NCBI GenBank assembly: GCA_048939245.1
Contig: JBHLPR010000037.1
Location: 1 to 20,784 of the forward strand
DNA length: 20,784 nucleotides
Source of the DNA: Promethearchaeota archaeon
Lineage (GTDB): Archaea; Asgardarchaeota; Hermodarchaeia; Hermodarchaeales; Hermodarchaeaceae
Reading direction: 5' to 3'
Shown here in pieces: positions 1 through 9,721 of the stretch. Every line of letters starts with the position of its first letter. The stretch's first letter is position 1. A program made the translations under genes and the position numbers. The notes beneath the pieces were generated by a model. That model had not been told where the DNA came from, did no database searches, and worked only from the letters and a program-made list of their open reading frames with translations.

Positions 1-3000
1 ATCACTTGGAAGGGAAATATTATACCAACCAGAAAGCCCTGTGGGCTTTAAGAACCCCGAGAGATTCCCCCAGACATATTGAATATTTGCGCCAGTAATG
101 GGTTGTAAATTATTGTCGTGGAATTCCACAAGCACGGTGAAATTTTCACCCCATTCTACAAGGATTACCGGCGTATCGGATTCAAGGTACGCAGGCATAA
201 CGATTAGAGATACAGAAATAGTTCGAAGTTGTTCAATGACATTTGGATGACTTGCCGTGATATAGATCGTATATTGTCCAGCATCTAAACCTGAGGAATT
301 AATCATCACAGTAAATGTATAGCCACTATCATAAGTCAGCGTAGCATTGCCTCCTGCCCAATTGAAGTAAACGGTGGCGTTTGGTAATGCTGCACCATAT
401 ACGGTACTGAAATTAGCGGAAACTTGGAAGGAATCCCCAGCAACGACAGGAGACCCTGGTCCTTGGACTGTAAGAAGCGAATCAATCGGCAGAATATTGA
501 GCATAATAATTCCGATGCTAGTTTGATAGTTAGGGAGATTACTCGCTTCAATAGTAACTAGATAAGTCCCCACGCTTTGATTAGCCAGGAATGTAATATT
601 ATACACTCCACTACCGATGAATACCAAATTCGAAGGGGTGAGTCCAGCCCAATAATATGTAACTTGTGTGTTGTTCATTAACCGATTATATTCGTCGGTG
701 ACTCGGACTGAGATATTAACCGCTGTTTGATACTCTGCGGTCCAAGGAGAAACGGATAAAACTTCTATATGCAGCGGTAAGGGATTAATTGTAAATTGAA
801 CATTTTGCTCACTTGTGTCGTAATTAGATTCAGAAAACCGGATAGTGAAATTGGCTAGCCCTATATCTTCAGCTGAACTGTTGATTTGTAATAAATAGGT
901 GCCATCCATATATTTTTGAACGATTGACCAGGAAGCCCAGCTTAACCAGGCAGTTACGGAGCCTCCGAATAATACGATATCATTATCAATATCACGATAT
1001 GTTGCATTGAGATAGAGGAAATCGCCCCAATATACGAAACTATCAAAGTCTAATTCCAATGTTGTTTGGATTGATCGAACGTACCCACTGATGGGAAGAG
1101 AGTGGTTTTGATAGTAAGGTGCAACATTAGACCAGGTAACGTTGATTGAGAATCGATACCAGACATTAGCCTGATCGAAGTTGTTGGTTAGAATTGTGAT
1201 GAGATAACCATTATTTCCATTGTTAATCATTATGACAGTATAATTCAAGCTTAATGCAGGATGGGAGGTACAGGCAAGAGAAATGTGAACATTCCCTGTT
1301 ACATTTTGGATTGCAGTTGTGGTATCAGTATCATTATAGAATATTGTAAAGGTAAGATTCGCCAGGTAAGGAATGGGTTGCGGAGGGACATACGAAACCT
1401 GAGTGTTACGACTACGTAAAGTAAATTCAACTGAAACTTGTTGCGATTCATAATGGGCAGAATTAAGAGTTATTATGACCATATGTGTGCCAACATCTCG
1501 ACTAGTAGTGTTTAGTTCAACGAAGTAGGTTCCATTTTGGAAATCGTATATGGTGTAATAACCAAGATCCCAATTCGCAGTGAGAAGGGCCCCAATAACA
1601 TAATCACCATGATCGGTATCTTGATAATCAATCTGGATCGTCAGATTTACGCCCCAAGCATGAGAGGAGACATATAATGGATCTGCATCTGTATCAGTTT
1701 GAACATCACGCAATGTAATTCTTACTTGGAGATTTTGGCTTGCATAATGAGACCAAGTAAGTGTGACTTGTGCGAGGTGTAACCCATTATCCCGACACGT
1801 AGTATTGAATTTTATTAGATATGTTCCGTTTCCATAAGAGTAGATTGAGTAATAACTAATATTCCAGTTAGTTGTAATTAGAGCATTACTGACATATGTG
1901 TCATGATCGATATCGAGATAATCTAATCGAACAGTGACATTATCGCCCCAAGGATGAGAAGGAAAGACGGTGTTTTCGGCTTCAAAGTCAGTTTGGATAC
2001 TTCGGAGAATAAGATCAACTTGAAGATTTTGACTAAAATAATGTTCTAAAGAAACGGATATCCCAATCGAATGGCTTCCGATTTCTCGACATGTGGTATT
2101 TATTTCGATAAGATAAGTGCCGTTACCTAAATCATAGATGGAATAGTAGCTAGCATTCCAATCAGTTGTTAGGAGGGCTCCTGAGATGTATATACTGTGA
2201 TCAAAATCCATGTAATCAATTTTAATTGTAACATTGTCTCCCCACGGATTTGATGGAATGTAGCCCGGATTAACTGTGTAGCCGGTTTGGATCTTGCGTA
2301 AAGTAAGAGCAACATCAATAAGTTGACTAACATAATGCAACTGACTTAGGTTAATTTGAAGGTAGTATGTACCAGCTTCGCGACATGTAGTATTGAGTAT
2401 AATAAGGTAGGTTCCGTTTCCAAGATTGTAAACAGTATAGAAAGTGGCGTTCCAATCAACAGAAATTATTGCATTTACGACGTAGTCGTTATGGTCTTGA
2501 TCTATATATTCAATGTGAATTGTAATGTTATCTCCCCATGGATGAGACCATATGTAGGCTGGATCGATGTTAATATCAGTGACAATGTTTCGTAGGGTAA
2601 GATCAATCTCTATAATCTGTTGAGTGTAATGGCTTCGAATGAGAGTGATCTGAAGAAGATGGGTTCCAATTTCACGACAAGTAGTATTGATTTCTATTAG
2701 ATAGGTTCCGTTTCCAAGCCAGTAAATGGAATAATAACTTTCGTTCCAATTCGTCTCCATTTCAGCAAATGGAATGTATCCACCGTGGTCCAAATCCAGA
2801 TAATGGACTCGGATTGTTAGATTATCGCCCCAAGGGTGTGATGGAACAAATAATGGATCAGCTTGGTAATTTGTTTGAATATTTCGACTTACAAAACTTT
2901 GTAATGTCATGAAGGTTTGATAATGACCTTTACTAGCATAGATATGAATTGTGTAGCTTCCTTCTAAACGGCTTTCTGTTCGAATTGTAAGAATGTAAGC

Positions 3001-6000
3001 ACCGCTGGTTACATTATAGAAATAGCTCCAGTAGAACTCATCCCAATCACAAGTAAATGTGGCATCTAAGATAGAATTGAAACCGTGATCCGTATCATTG
3101 AAGGTTAAAGTGATTTTGAGTGCGTCTCCCCAGGGAACAGAGGTTCCGGGATCTATAGCGATAATATAGAGGGCTGTTAATCTGTCTCGAACTTGGAATG
3201 AAATTGCTACTTGAGCTGTCTCGTAATGTATTTTTGTAAAAACGAAGTTAATCGTATAACTCTGCAACCCTGTGCTGACTTTGCTTGTATTTAGTGTAAC
3301 AGTGTAAGTTCCATTGCCATGGTCAATAATCCAATAATCAACACCTTGTATATCATCAAGCCAACTGAAGCCAATTAGAGCATTATCTATTCCAATATAG
3401 CCATGATCCGTGTCGTTGAGGAGCAGCACTAAGGTTACATTGTCTCCCCAAGGTACTGATCCAGTTACAGCAGACCCTGAGGCGTAGGTTTTGATGGATG
3501 AGATTGTTATTGCGAAGTATTGGTTTTGAGTTGTATAATTGGTTCGGCTGAAGTATATCGTCACATCATAGGTTGTTTCGGTGATATTTCCCCAGAAGGT
3601 GATTGCATAGGTGCCATTAAGGTAGTTTTGGATTGAATATTTGCCTGCTTCGTAGCCATCAATTAGAATAGTTGCATCTGAAATAAATGTGGAACTGCCT
3701 GTGACAATATCTGTGAAGTTGAATCGAACAATGAAGTCGTCATCATAGGGGATTTCAGCAGTAGAACGGGGATGGTCTTTTGTTAATTGAGTAGCTCGGG
3801 ATTCGACGCTAATCCGAATTTTGATGGTCTGCGTCGCATGGGCCATTTGAGTAGCGTTTATATAAACATCAGTTTGTCCTAAACCCAAAATGGTCGAGTT
3901 GAGACCATAGTAATAGTATCCATTGCTTGTCTCGGCAAGTGATGTAAGATCGGAGCCGATAAGAATTTTAACGGTTGCGCCGGTGATTCCAAATGAAGTA
4001 CTTTCATTGATATAGCAGACTGTAATATTCAGAAGCTCATTCCAGTAGAGATGTGCCGTATAAACATCGGTATCATTTTCAAACTGGGTCCACCCATCAC
4101 CTGTACCTGTAGGCGGATATTCTATCTGGGTTCGGACAGCATCAAGATTTGTGGCAAAAGAGACAATTTTGATTACAATTGTGAAATTTTGCCATTCATA
4201 CTCCCAATCATATGAGCCACTAATGTGCATGGTTATAACGTATTTGACGGCTTCGACATCACCATATGACGAATCGTACCTAAGGAATATTGTAGGATCA
4301 ATATCATCAGGGACAAAGTGATCAGTATCAATAAGAGTCCAGCTTGTCACACCGGTGGGGTCTTCATAATATGTATAATTGACCCGCACATTATCTTTCC
4401 ATATTCCTGAATCATTTCGAACATAAGTACTTAGATAGGGGTCATAAAAGCGCACTTGACTTGTATAACCTTGATCTCGTGTCGTTTCTGCTGTATATTC
4501 ATCAGGGCCAGTTAGCTGAGTAGGTTTAATCATTACATACTCTAAATCATTGACAAGGTTGATGACAAACGTCAGATGAGTGCTGTCATCGTAGGTTGCA
4601 TTAACAAAGCCATATCGGAGGAGTTCAACATAGATTTCAATAGATTGACCTGGGCTCATGGTGCCTGTATTAAAAACGAGCGAGTAAGCCCCAAATCCAT
4701 TTGCAGTCATGAGTTCATATTGGACGTGAAGATTGCGATCAACATACCGGACACGAGCAGAAGCATCAGAGATGTATTCTAAGGTATCATTATTTTGCCA
4801 GGTTACATTAACAAGAACTGTCTCATCCCAGATTACTCGTTGTTGGTCGCCAGGTGAAATTTTAGTACCTCGGCTTGGAATAACGACTGCAAAGGAGTGT
4901 TGTAGCATACCGCTCTGGGTTGCATTATGGTAAGCCATGGTGGCAAGCCATGCACCTCCTGCATCTGTTTCTTGGATACTTGGAATCTGCCAAGCTGAAC
5001 TTGTTAAGGTCTCATTATGTTCATGAAATGTTGGTGAAATATCAGATTGCCACAAAGTCTGATTCGGATAAAATAATGAGACATTTGCAGTATGGCTTCC
5101 GGAACCAATTGGTCGTAATAAGGCTTTAGCCCGAATCCATTCACCAGCTACGAAGTATTGATCGGTGCTGACATTAACCCAGTTTCCCAAGCCCGTGGTG
5201 CTTTTTTGTAAGTACATTTGAAGAATGTAATTGAGACTTGTGGCGATGATTGAAAAAGTATCTTCTGACTGTGCGATTCCATCGTCTAGTTTCACAAAGC
5301 GACTGGACGTATTATAGCTGTAAGTGGTTATTACCTGCCCTGTGTCATTTCTAACTTCACTTAGGCTCCACAGAGGCTCAAGATAAACTCCAAAGGAATA
5401 ACCAACGTGACCACTGGGAGGTTGATCGCTAGGAATTGAGTAGTTTATCTCCCAACTTGGATTAGCATCCACGGGAGCGGAAAAAGAAGTTGTCGCAGAT
5501 GTTGAGGATTGGTGTTTGATATACATCGCATAATCATAATGAAAGGTAATATTGAAAGAAGAGGTGAATTGAAAGTTTTGAGTTGTTGTCCAGCAATTAG
5601 TTATTGGCACTTCATCGCGATTGGCGGGATCTGCATAAAGGAGTATACTACCAGTTTGGGCACCAGTGTCGGAAATAGGTTCACCATTAAGTTTGAGGGC
5701 GACCTCACTAGGTTTACTTGGGGTATCTAGGACATATCGGAAGTTATCAAAGTAAATGTGCCCATTAACATAACTCCATTTTGAGCCACCTTGTTTCATG
5801 ACGGTTATTCGAAGAGTGACTGTACCATTAATTGGAGTAGTGGTCATTGAATGATGATCCCAACTTGTGGGATGATAAGTATCTGTGGTTTGTTGCCAGC
5901 TAGCAATAAGCGTGGCTTGGTATTCTAGACTAATATTTACATATAGCCAGTTTTGTTGGGTGATATCATTGGAGAATTTTATATCAAATGAGAATGTGAG

Positions 6001-6570
6001 CGTTGAAGGGGAGATAGCTGATGTGTATTCGAAATCACTTTCAAGATAAGCGATGGCTGTGGTTAATCTTGTATACCCATATCGTAAGGTGATGTCCATA
6101 CAATCTCCAGGTGTTCCTCCCGTGCCATTATCGATGCTGGAGAGGATTCGGTTGGCATCATTATAAGGTTCTTTCCCATTTTGGGTCAGAGTCCAATTGT
6201 GAACTTCATAGTTTATATCACTACCAGCAATGTGGAAATCCTCGTTGTACTTATCGAAATCGCCGTTAGGAATTGGATCTTCCGTTCTTGCGAGATTTGA
6301 AACACTCGTGACCAGTTGATACCCCCCATATCCTGAAGGAAACCAGCTTGCATCATAATTAAAGGCTGTAGCATTTACCCCATCCGTGAAAGTGCCACTA
6401 TCATTACGCGCAAATTCAAAAACATCGAGTACCCCACCACTTCCAGTATATGGAGAATTTGGTGGTGCACCAGCATGAACAGGAGCAAGTGGATTTTCTG
6501 AAAAGGAACCAAGGGAGATACAAGCGAAAAATAATACCACCGTTAATACACGTATTTTCATATTCCCCAT
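1..6570 (-). CDS. Giant secreted/cell-surface glycoprotein (>=2190 aa, 3' end outside the window) with an N-terminal CBM-like domain and tandem Ig-like beta-sandwich repeats
   Basis: Translated by hand. ATG at 6570 follows GGTGAT, with an in-frame stop upstream at 6583-6585. It begins MGNMKIRVLTVVLFFACISLG (signal peptide-like) and reads open to base 1 (...GWYNISLPSD). IPNGDFD...YFDNFRY resembles a jelly-roll CBM. It has repeated PWGDN...DxDH...GNGTY...NTT units and many N-x-S/T sequons. Probably absent from the ORF track because it has no stop codon in the window. Confidence 0.92.
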   Translation of the reverse strand, partial: MGNMKIRVLTVVLFFACISLGSFSENPLAPVHAGAPPNSPYTGSGGVLDVFEFARNDSGTFTDGVNATAFNYDASWFPSGYGGYQLVTSVSNLARTEDPIPNGDFDKYNEDFHIAGSDINYEVHNWTLTQNGKEPYNDANRILSSIDNGTGGTPGDCMDITLRYGYTRLTTAIAYLESDFEYTSAISPSTLTFSFDIKFSNDITQQNWLYVNISLEYQATLIASWQQTTDTYHPTSWDHHSMTTTPINGTVTLRITVMKQGGSKWSYVNGHIYFDNFRYVLDTPSKPSEVALKLNGEPISDTGAQTGSILLYADPANRDEVPITNCWTTTQNFQFTSSFNITFHYDYAMYIKHQSSTSATTSFSAPVDANPSWEINYSIPSDQPPSGHVGYSFGVYLEPLWSLSEVRNDTGQVITTYSYNTSSRFVKLDDGIAQSEDTFSIIATSLNYILQMYLQKSTTGLGNWVNVSTDQYFVAGEWIRAKALLRPIGSGSHTANVSLFYPNQTLWQSDISPTFHEHNETLTSSAWQIPSIQETDAGGAWLATMAYHNATQSGMLQHSFAVVIPSRGTKISPGDQQRVIWDETVLVNVTWQNNDTLEYISDASARVRYVDRNLHVQYELMTANGFGAYSLVFNTGTMSPGQSIEIYVELLRYGFVNATYDDSTHLTFVINLVNDLEYVMIKPTQLTGPDEYTAETTRDQGYTSQVRFYDPYLSTYVRNDSGIWKDNVRVNYTYYEDPTGVTSWTLIDTDHFVPDDIDPTIFLRYDSSYGDVEAVKYVITMHISGSYDWEYEWQNFTIVIKIVSFATNLDAVRTQIEYPPTGTGDGWTQFENDTDVYTAHLYWNELLNITVCYINESTSFGITGATVKILIGSDLTSLAETSNGYYYYGLNSTILGLGQTDVYINATQMAHATQTIKIRISVESRATQLTKDHPRSTAEIPYDDDFIVRFNFTDIVTGSSTFISDATILIDGYEAGKYSIQNYLNGTYAITFWGNITETTYDVTIYFSRTNYTTQNQYFAITISSIKTYASGSAVTGSVPWGDNVTLVLLLNDTDHGYIGIDNALIGFSWLDDIQGVDYWIIDHGNGTYTVTLNTSKVSTGLQSYTINFVFTKIHYETAQVAISFQVRDRLTALYIIAIDPGTSVPWGDALKITLTFNDTDHGFNSILDATFTCDWDEFYWSYFYNVTSGAYILTIRTESRLEGSYTIHIYASKGHYQTFMTLQSFVSRNIQTNYQADPLFVPSHPWGDNLTIRVHYLDLDHGGYIPFAEMETNWNESYYSIYWLGNGTYLIEINTTCREIGTHLLQITLIRSHYTQQIIEIDLTLRNIVTDINIDPAYIWSHPWGDNITIHIEYIDQDHNDYVVNAIISVDWNATFYTVYNLGNGTYLIILNTTCREAGTYYLQINLSQLHYVSQLIDVALTLRKIQTGYTVNPGYIPSNPWGDNVTIKIDYMDFDHSIYISGALLTTDWNASYYSIYDLGNGTYLIEINTTCREIGSHSIGISVSLEHYFSQNLQVDLILRSIQTDFEAENTVFPSHPWGDNVTVRLDYLDIDHDTYVSNALITTNWNISYYSIYSYGNGTYLIKFNTTCRDNGLHLAQVTLTWSHYASQNLQVRITLRDVQTDTDADPLYVSSHAWGVNLTIQIDYQDTDHGDYVIGALLTANWDLGYYTIYDFQNGTYFVELNTTSRDVGTHMVIITLNSAHYESQQVSVEFTLRSRNTQVSYVPPQPIPYLANLTFTIFYNDTDTTTAIQNVTGNVHISLACTSHPALSLNYTVIMINNGNNGYLITILTNNFDQANVWYRFSINVTWSNVAPYYQNHSLPISGYVRSIQTTLELDFDSFVYWGDFLYLNATYRDIDNDIVLFGGSVTAWLSWASWSIVQKYMDGTYLLQINSSAEDIGLANFTIRFSESNYDTSEQNVQFTINPLPLHIEVLSVSPWTAEYQTAVNISVRVTDEYNRLMNNTQVTYYWAGLTPSNLVFIGSGVYNITFLANQSVGTYLVTIEASNLPNYQTSIGIIMLNILPIDSLLTVQGPGSPVVAGDSFQVSANFSTVYGAALPNATVYFNWAGGNATLTYDSGYTFTVMINSSGLDAGQYTIYITASHPNVIEQLRTISVSLIVMPAYLESDTPVILVEWGENFTVLVEFHDNNLQPITGANIQYVWGNLSGFLKPTGLSGWYNISLPSD
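1370..3460 (-). repeat. Intragenic tandem protein repeat, ~98-106 aa per unit; at least 7 clear units, five motifs spaced exactly 294 bp apart
   Basis: The P/A codon of (P/A)WG begins at 3453, 3135, 2835, 2541, 2247, 1953 and 1659 (spacings 318, 300, 294, 294, 294, 294). More degenerate units lie near 1371 (PYLAN), 1030 (YWGD) and 150 (EWGEN). Confidence 0.9.
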
Positions 6571-6753
6571 GTCTATCACCGACTAGTGATGAGTTAGCGC
6601 GTTCAGTCCCCACTGTACAGCCGCTCCTTCTAGGCTTAGAAACGAAATTTAAATAGATTTTGTGAAATGCGCGCTTAAGGAAAAATCCACAATTTTTTCG
6701 AAACATGAAAGATAATTAAAGGACAAATCCGGTTGAAGAGCAGGAACTTCATT

Positions 6754-7725
6754 ATGACCGCTACCCGATTTGATCTCGTTGTTGTAGGGCATCTTACCAT
6801 TGATCTTATGAAATTTGGAGACGTGGAACAGAAGCGATTAGGTGGTCCTCCTGCATATGCAATGATCGCTTCCAGCTTAGGTTTCAAAAATGTTGGAATA
6901 GTATCACGAATTGGAAAAAAATTCCCACAAAAATACTATGAGATATTAGGCGCTTCAGGATTAAATCTTGATGGCATTATTAGGGATGAAGAAACAACAG
7001 AATTCATTAACGAATATTCTAAAGATGGCCATCGAATTCAGTTCGCGAATCACGTGGCGAATTGTCTAACGAGTGCTGATGTCCCCAAACTGTATTGGAA
7101 TACTGAATGGATACACATCAGTCCAGTGCTTGGAGAAACAGATTCGTCTCTAATCGTGACTGCAAAAGAACATCAAGTAAAGGTATCTGTCGACGCGCAA
7201 GGTTTTGTCCGAAAACGGATAGAACCAGAGAATAGAATTGTTGGCTGCGAATGGCCTGACTTTGTCAACGTTGCATCTAAAATTAATATTCTCAAGGCAG
7301 ATATTGACGAGATAAGACACCTAACCCAGAAGCCCACCTACCAAAAAGCCGCAAAAGCCATCCATCAGATGGGGTGCCCCATAATCCTGATTACTCGGGG
7401 ACAACAAGGATCCTTTATTTCCCAAGAAACATCTTTGATTAAAATTCCGCCAATGACACCGGAAAAAGTTGTTGACCATACAGGAAGCGGAGACGTCTTT
7501 GCCCTTAGTTTTCTCATCGAGTATCAACGCACCCAACGACCCATTTGGTCTGCGTTCTTTGCGTCATCAGCTTCATCCTACAATCTTGAGACGCCTGGTC
7601 CCTGTAATTTTCCATCGTTTCAGAAAGTGGTATCTCGGTTGCGAAGGTTCCTTTCTATTCCAGATAATCGTGACCTTGCTGATCTACTTATTAACGAACC
7701 AGGTCCTGGTGAATGCCCACTTTAG
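6754..7725 (+). CDS. PfkB/ribokinase-family carbohydrate kinase
   Basis: N-terminal VVVGHLTIDL and LGGPPAYA; C-terminal PfkB signature DHTGSGDVF. ATG 6754 is preferred over TTG 6733. Confidence 0.9.
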   Translation: MTATRFDLVVVGHLTIDLMKFGDVEQKRLGGPPAYAMIASSLGFKNVGIVSRIGKKFPQKYYEILGASGLNLDGIIRDEETTEFINEYSKDGHRIQFANHVANCLTSADVPKLYWNTEWIHISPVLGETDSSLIVTAKEHQVKVSVDAQGFVRKRIEPENRIVGCEWPDFVNVASKINILKADIDEIRHLTQKPTYQKAAKAIHQMGCPIILITRGQQGSFISQETSLIKIPPMTPEKVVDHTGSGDVFALSFLIEYQRTQRPIWSAFFASSASSYNLETPGPCNFPSFQKVVSRLRRFLSIPDNRDLADLLINEPGPGECPL

Positions 7726-7764
7726 TTTGAATCCCATCATATTTTAATCCAGATATCGGTTGTC

Positions 7765-7806
7765 CACAAAGTTTATATCGGAAAACGATAGTATCGAATC
7801 CCGATA
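7765..7806 (+). promoter_or_regulatory. Archaeal promoter (BRE-like CAAAG + TTTATAT at 7772-7778) overlapped by two tandem TATCG-N5-CGATA palindromes; putative PadR operator
   Basis: TATCG-gaaaa-CGATA at 7776-7790 and TATCG-aatcc-CGATA at 7792-7806, plus a degenerate third copy TATCG-gttgt-CCACA at 7754-7768. They sit directly upstream of the PadR-family gene. Confidence 0.75.
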
Positions 7807-7824
7807 TTCCCTTTAACGACATAA

Positions 7825-8439
7825 ATGAGAGATTCATTCATGCACCCGAAACCCAAAACAGAATCAGCAGGACCCACGAGCACAGTCAAATCTTTAGGCA
7901 AAGGGTACATGCGAGCGATAATTTTAGCACTATTAGCTGAACATCCGCGTTATGGTTATGATATTCTTCAAACCCTCGCTGAGGCAAGCGATGGTTGGCG
8001 ACCTTCCCCAGGAACCATCTATCCCCTTCTACACGATCTCTATGAGCGTGGATGGATAACAAAAAAAGAAGTGGAGCAGGAGGGACGTCAGCGTATAATC
8101 TACCGATTAGGAGTAAAGGGGAAACGGCACCTTGAACACGATGTGATGGAACACGCTCGATTCGTGGCAATGATGCGAAAAATCCTCATTAGACATGGCA
8201 GCCCTCATTTTCCAGGCGCCCCCGCGTTCAATGTGGATAAGGCTTTGCGACAATTACAACATATGGATTTGCTTCTTGACGAAGTTGCCTTACTCCCTCA
8301 AGAGGTCGCATCGAGCCCATCGGAAGCCTCGGAGTTATTGCAGCGTCGACTTCGGTTATTAGAGCATCATGCAAAGAGCATCAAGAACGCGATTCAGAAG
8401 GTTCAAAGGGAAATTCAAAACCGCGAGAAGAAACCTTAG
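7825..8439 (+). CDS. PadR-family winged-helix transcriptional regulator with a C-terminal helical/coiled-coil extension
   Basis: ILALLAEHPRYGYDILQ...WRPSPGTIYPLLHDLYERGWI...RQRIIYRLGVKG is the classic PadR pattern. ATG 7840 is an alternative start. Confidence 0.92.
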   Translation: MRDSFMHPKPKTESAGPTSTVKSLGKGYMRAIILALLAEHPRYGYDILQTLAEASDGWRPSPGTIYPLLHDLYERGWITKKEVEQEGRQRIIYRLGVKGKRHLEHDVMEHARFVAMMRKILIRHGSPHFPGAPAFNVDKALRQLQHMDLLLDEVALLPQEVASSPSEASELLQRRLRLLEHHAKSIKNAIQKVQREIQNREKKP

Positions 8440-8447
8440 CACCATAA

Positions 8448-9704
8448 ATGAGTAATGGAGAAGTGAGAGCAATTAGTATCATCGAAGTGAAGGAATTAAC
8501 CAAGATTTTTGAGGATAACCTGACAGCAGTTGACCACATTTCATTTACTGTCGAAGAAGGAGAAATTTTTGGATTCCTCGGACCCAATGGAGCCGGAAAA
8601 ACGACAACCTTGAATATGCTTGCAACCATCTTAAGACCCACTAGTGGAACCGCAGTAATCAACGGATTTGATATTCACGAAGACCCAGATGCTGTTCGAC
8701 GGAGTATTGGATTCGTTTTCCAAGACCCGACATTAGACACCGAACTCACAGGTCGCGAAAATCTTGATTTTCACGGACGTCTGTATGGTCTGTCAAAGAA
8801 AGAACGACAGGAACGCATTGATGAAATTCTTAAAGTCGTTCAGCTCTCTGATCGAGCAGATGCTTTTGTGAAAACATATAGTGGTGGGATGAAGCGACGG
8901 CTTGAGATAGCTCGTGGTCTATTACACTATCCGAAAGTACTATTTCTCGATGAACCAACTTTAGGCCTCGATCCACAAACACGACGAGCTATCTGGGACT
9001 ATATAGTCAAACTCAATCAGGAGCAGAACGTAACGATCATTTTAACCACCCATTATACTGAAGAAGCTGATCATTTGTGTAACCGTATTCAAATTATCGA
9101 CTTTGGAAAAATCGTCGCTAACGACACCCCAGAAAATTTGAAAGCCACCCTGAAAGGCGATGTAGTGGGTCTTACTTTCACTGAGCCTGAGGATGCTCAA
9201 AAGCTACTCCCAGAATTAAACGGCATTGAATGGGTGCAAACTGCCCTTCCGGTGGCAGGGAATAATAGCCAGTTGGGTTTGAGCCAGATGAGCCAAATGC
9301 TCCATCGAATAGCAGGTGGAAGCGGAATAAGCACAATGGGCGCAATGGGCGGTATGAGTGCCATGGGTGGTGGTAGTGAAGGTGGAAAACCTGAGATGCC
9401 TAAAGACCCAGAGAAGGTGGCGGAACTGATGCAAAAAATGGGAAGCCACTTAGGACCAAAACAAAATTTCCGGCAAGTGAACCTATTCGTAGATAACGCT
9501 AGTAAAAGACTTCCGGAGTTAGTTAAGATCGTCGCTAAAGCCGGAGTTGAACTCGCCTCTGTCCAAATGCATAAACCCACATTGGACGATGTCTTTCTTA
9601 CGGTGACAGGACGAAGCATACGGGATCAATCAGGGAGCATGATGCAGATGTTTCGCCAATTTCGTACAATTAGCCAAGCCCGAGGCAGGAGAACACCCCA
9701 TTAA
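8448..9704 (+). CDS. DrrA-like ABC exporter ATP-binding subunit
   Basis: Walker A GPNGAGKTT, signature YSGGM, Walker B LFLDEPT, H-loop TTH and C-terminal PTLDDVFLTVTG. Confidence 0.95.
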   Translation: MSNGEVRAISIIEVKELTKIFEDNLTAVDHISFTVEEGEIFGFLGPNGAGKTTTLNMLATILRPTSGTAVINGFDIHEDPDAVRRSIGFVFQDPTLDTELTGRENLDFHGRLYGLSKKERQERIDEILKVVQLSDRADAFVKTYSGGMKRRLEIARGLLHYPKVLFLDEPTLGLDPQTRRAIWDYIVKLNQEQNVTIILTTHYTEEADHLCNRIQIIDFGKIVANDTPENLKATLKGDVVGLTFTEPEDAQKLLPELNGIEWVQTALPVAGNNSQLGLSQMSQMLHRIAGGSGISTMGAMGGMSAMGGGSEGGKPEMPKDPEKVAELMQKMGSHLGPKQNFRQVNLFVDNASKRLPELVKIVAKAGVELASVQMHKPTLDDVFLTVTGRSIRDQSGSMMQMFRQFRTISQARGRRTPH

Positions 9705-9721
9705 TCAAGGTGATATGTGAA

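Noticed and set aside
1370-3460. 294-bp periodicity as a CRISPR array or DNA-level repeat element
   Set aside because: The units are diverged in DNA, in frame and conserved at protein level. There are no identical short repeats with unique spacers.
336-6887. Short track ORFs at 336-551, 2356-2595, 4576-4782, 4733-4933, 4920-5129, 5509-5730, 6416-6706, 6450-6656 and 6675-6887
   Set aside because: They are antisense or off-frame shadows of the giant ORF or the pfkB-family gene, with no recognisable motifs.
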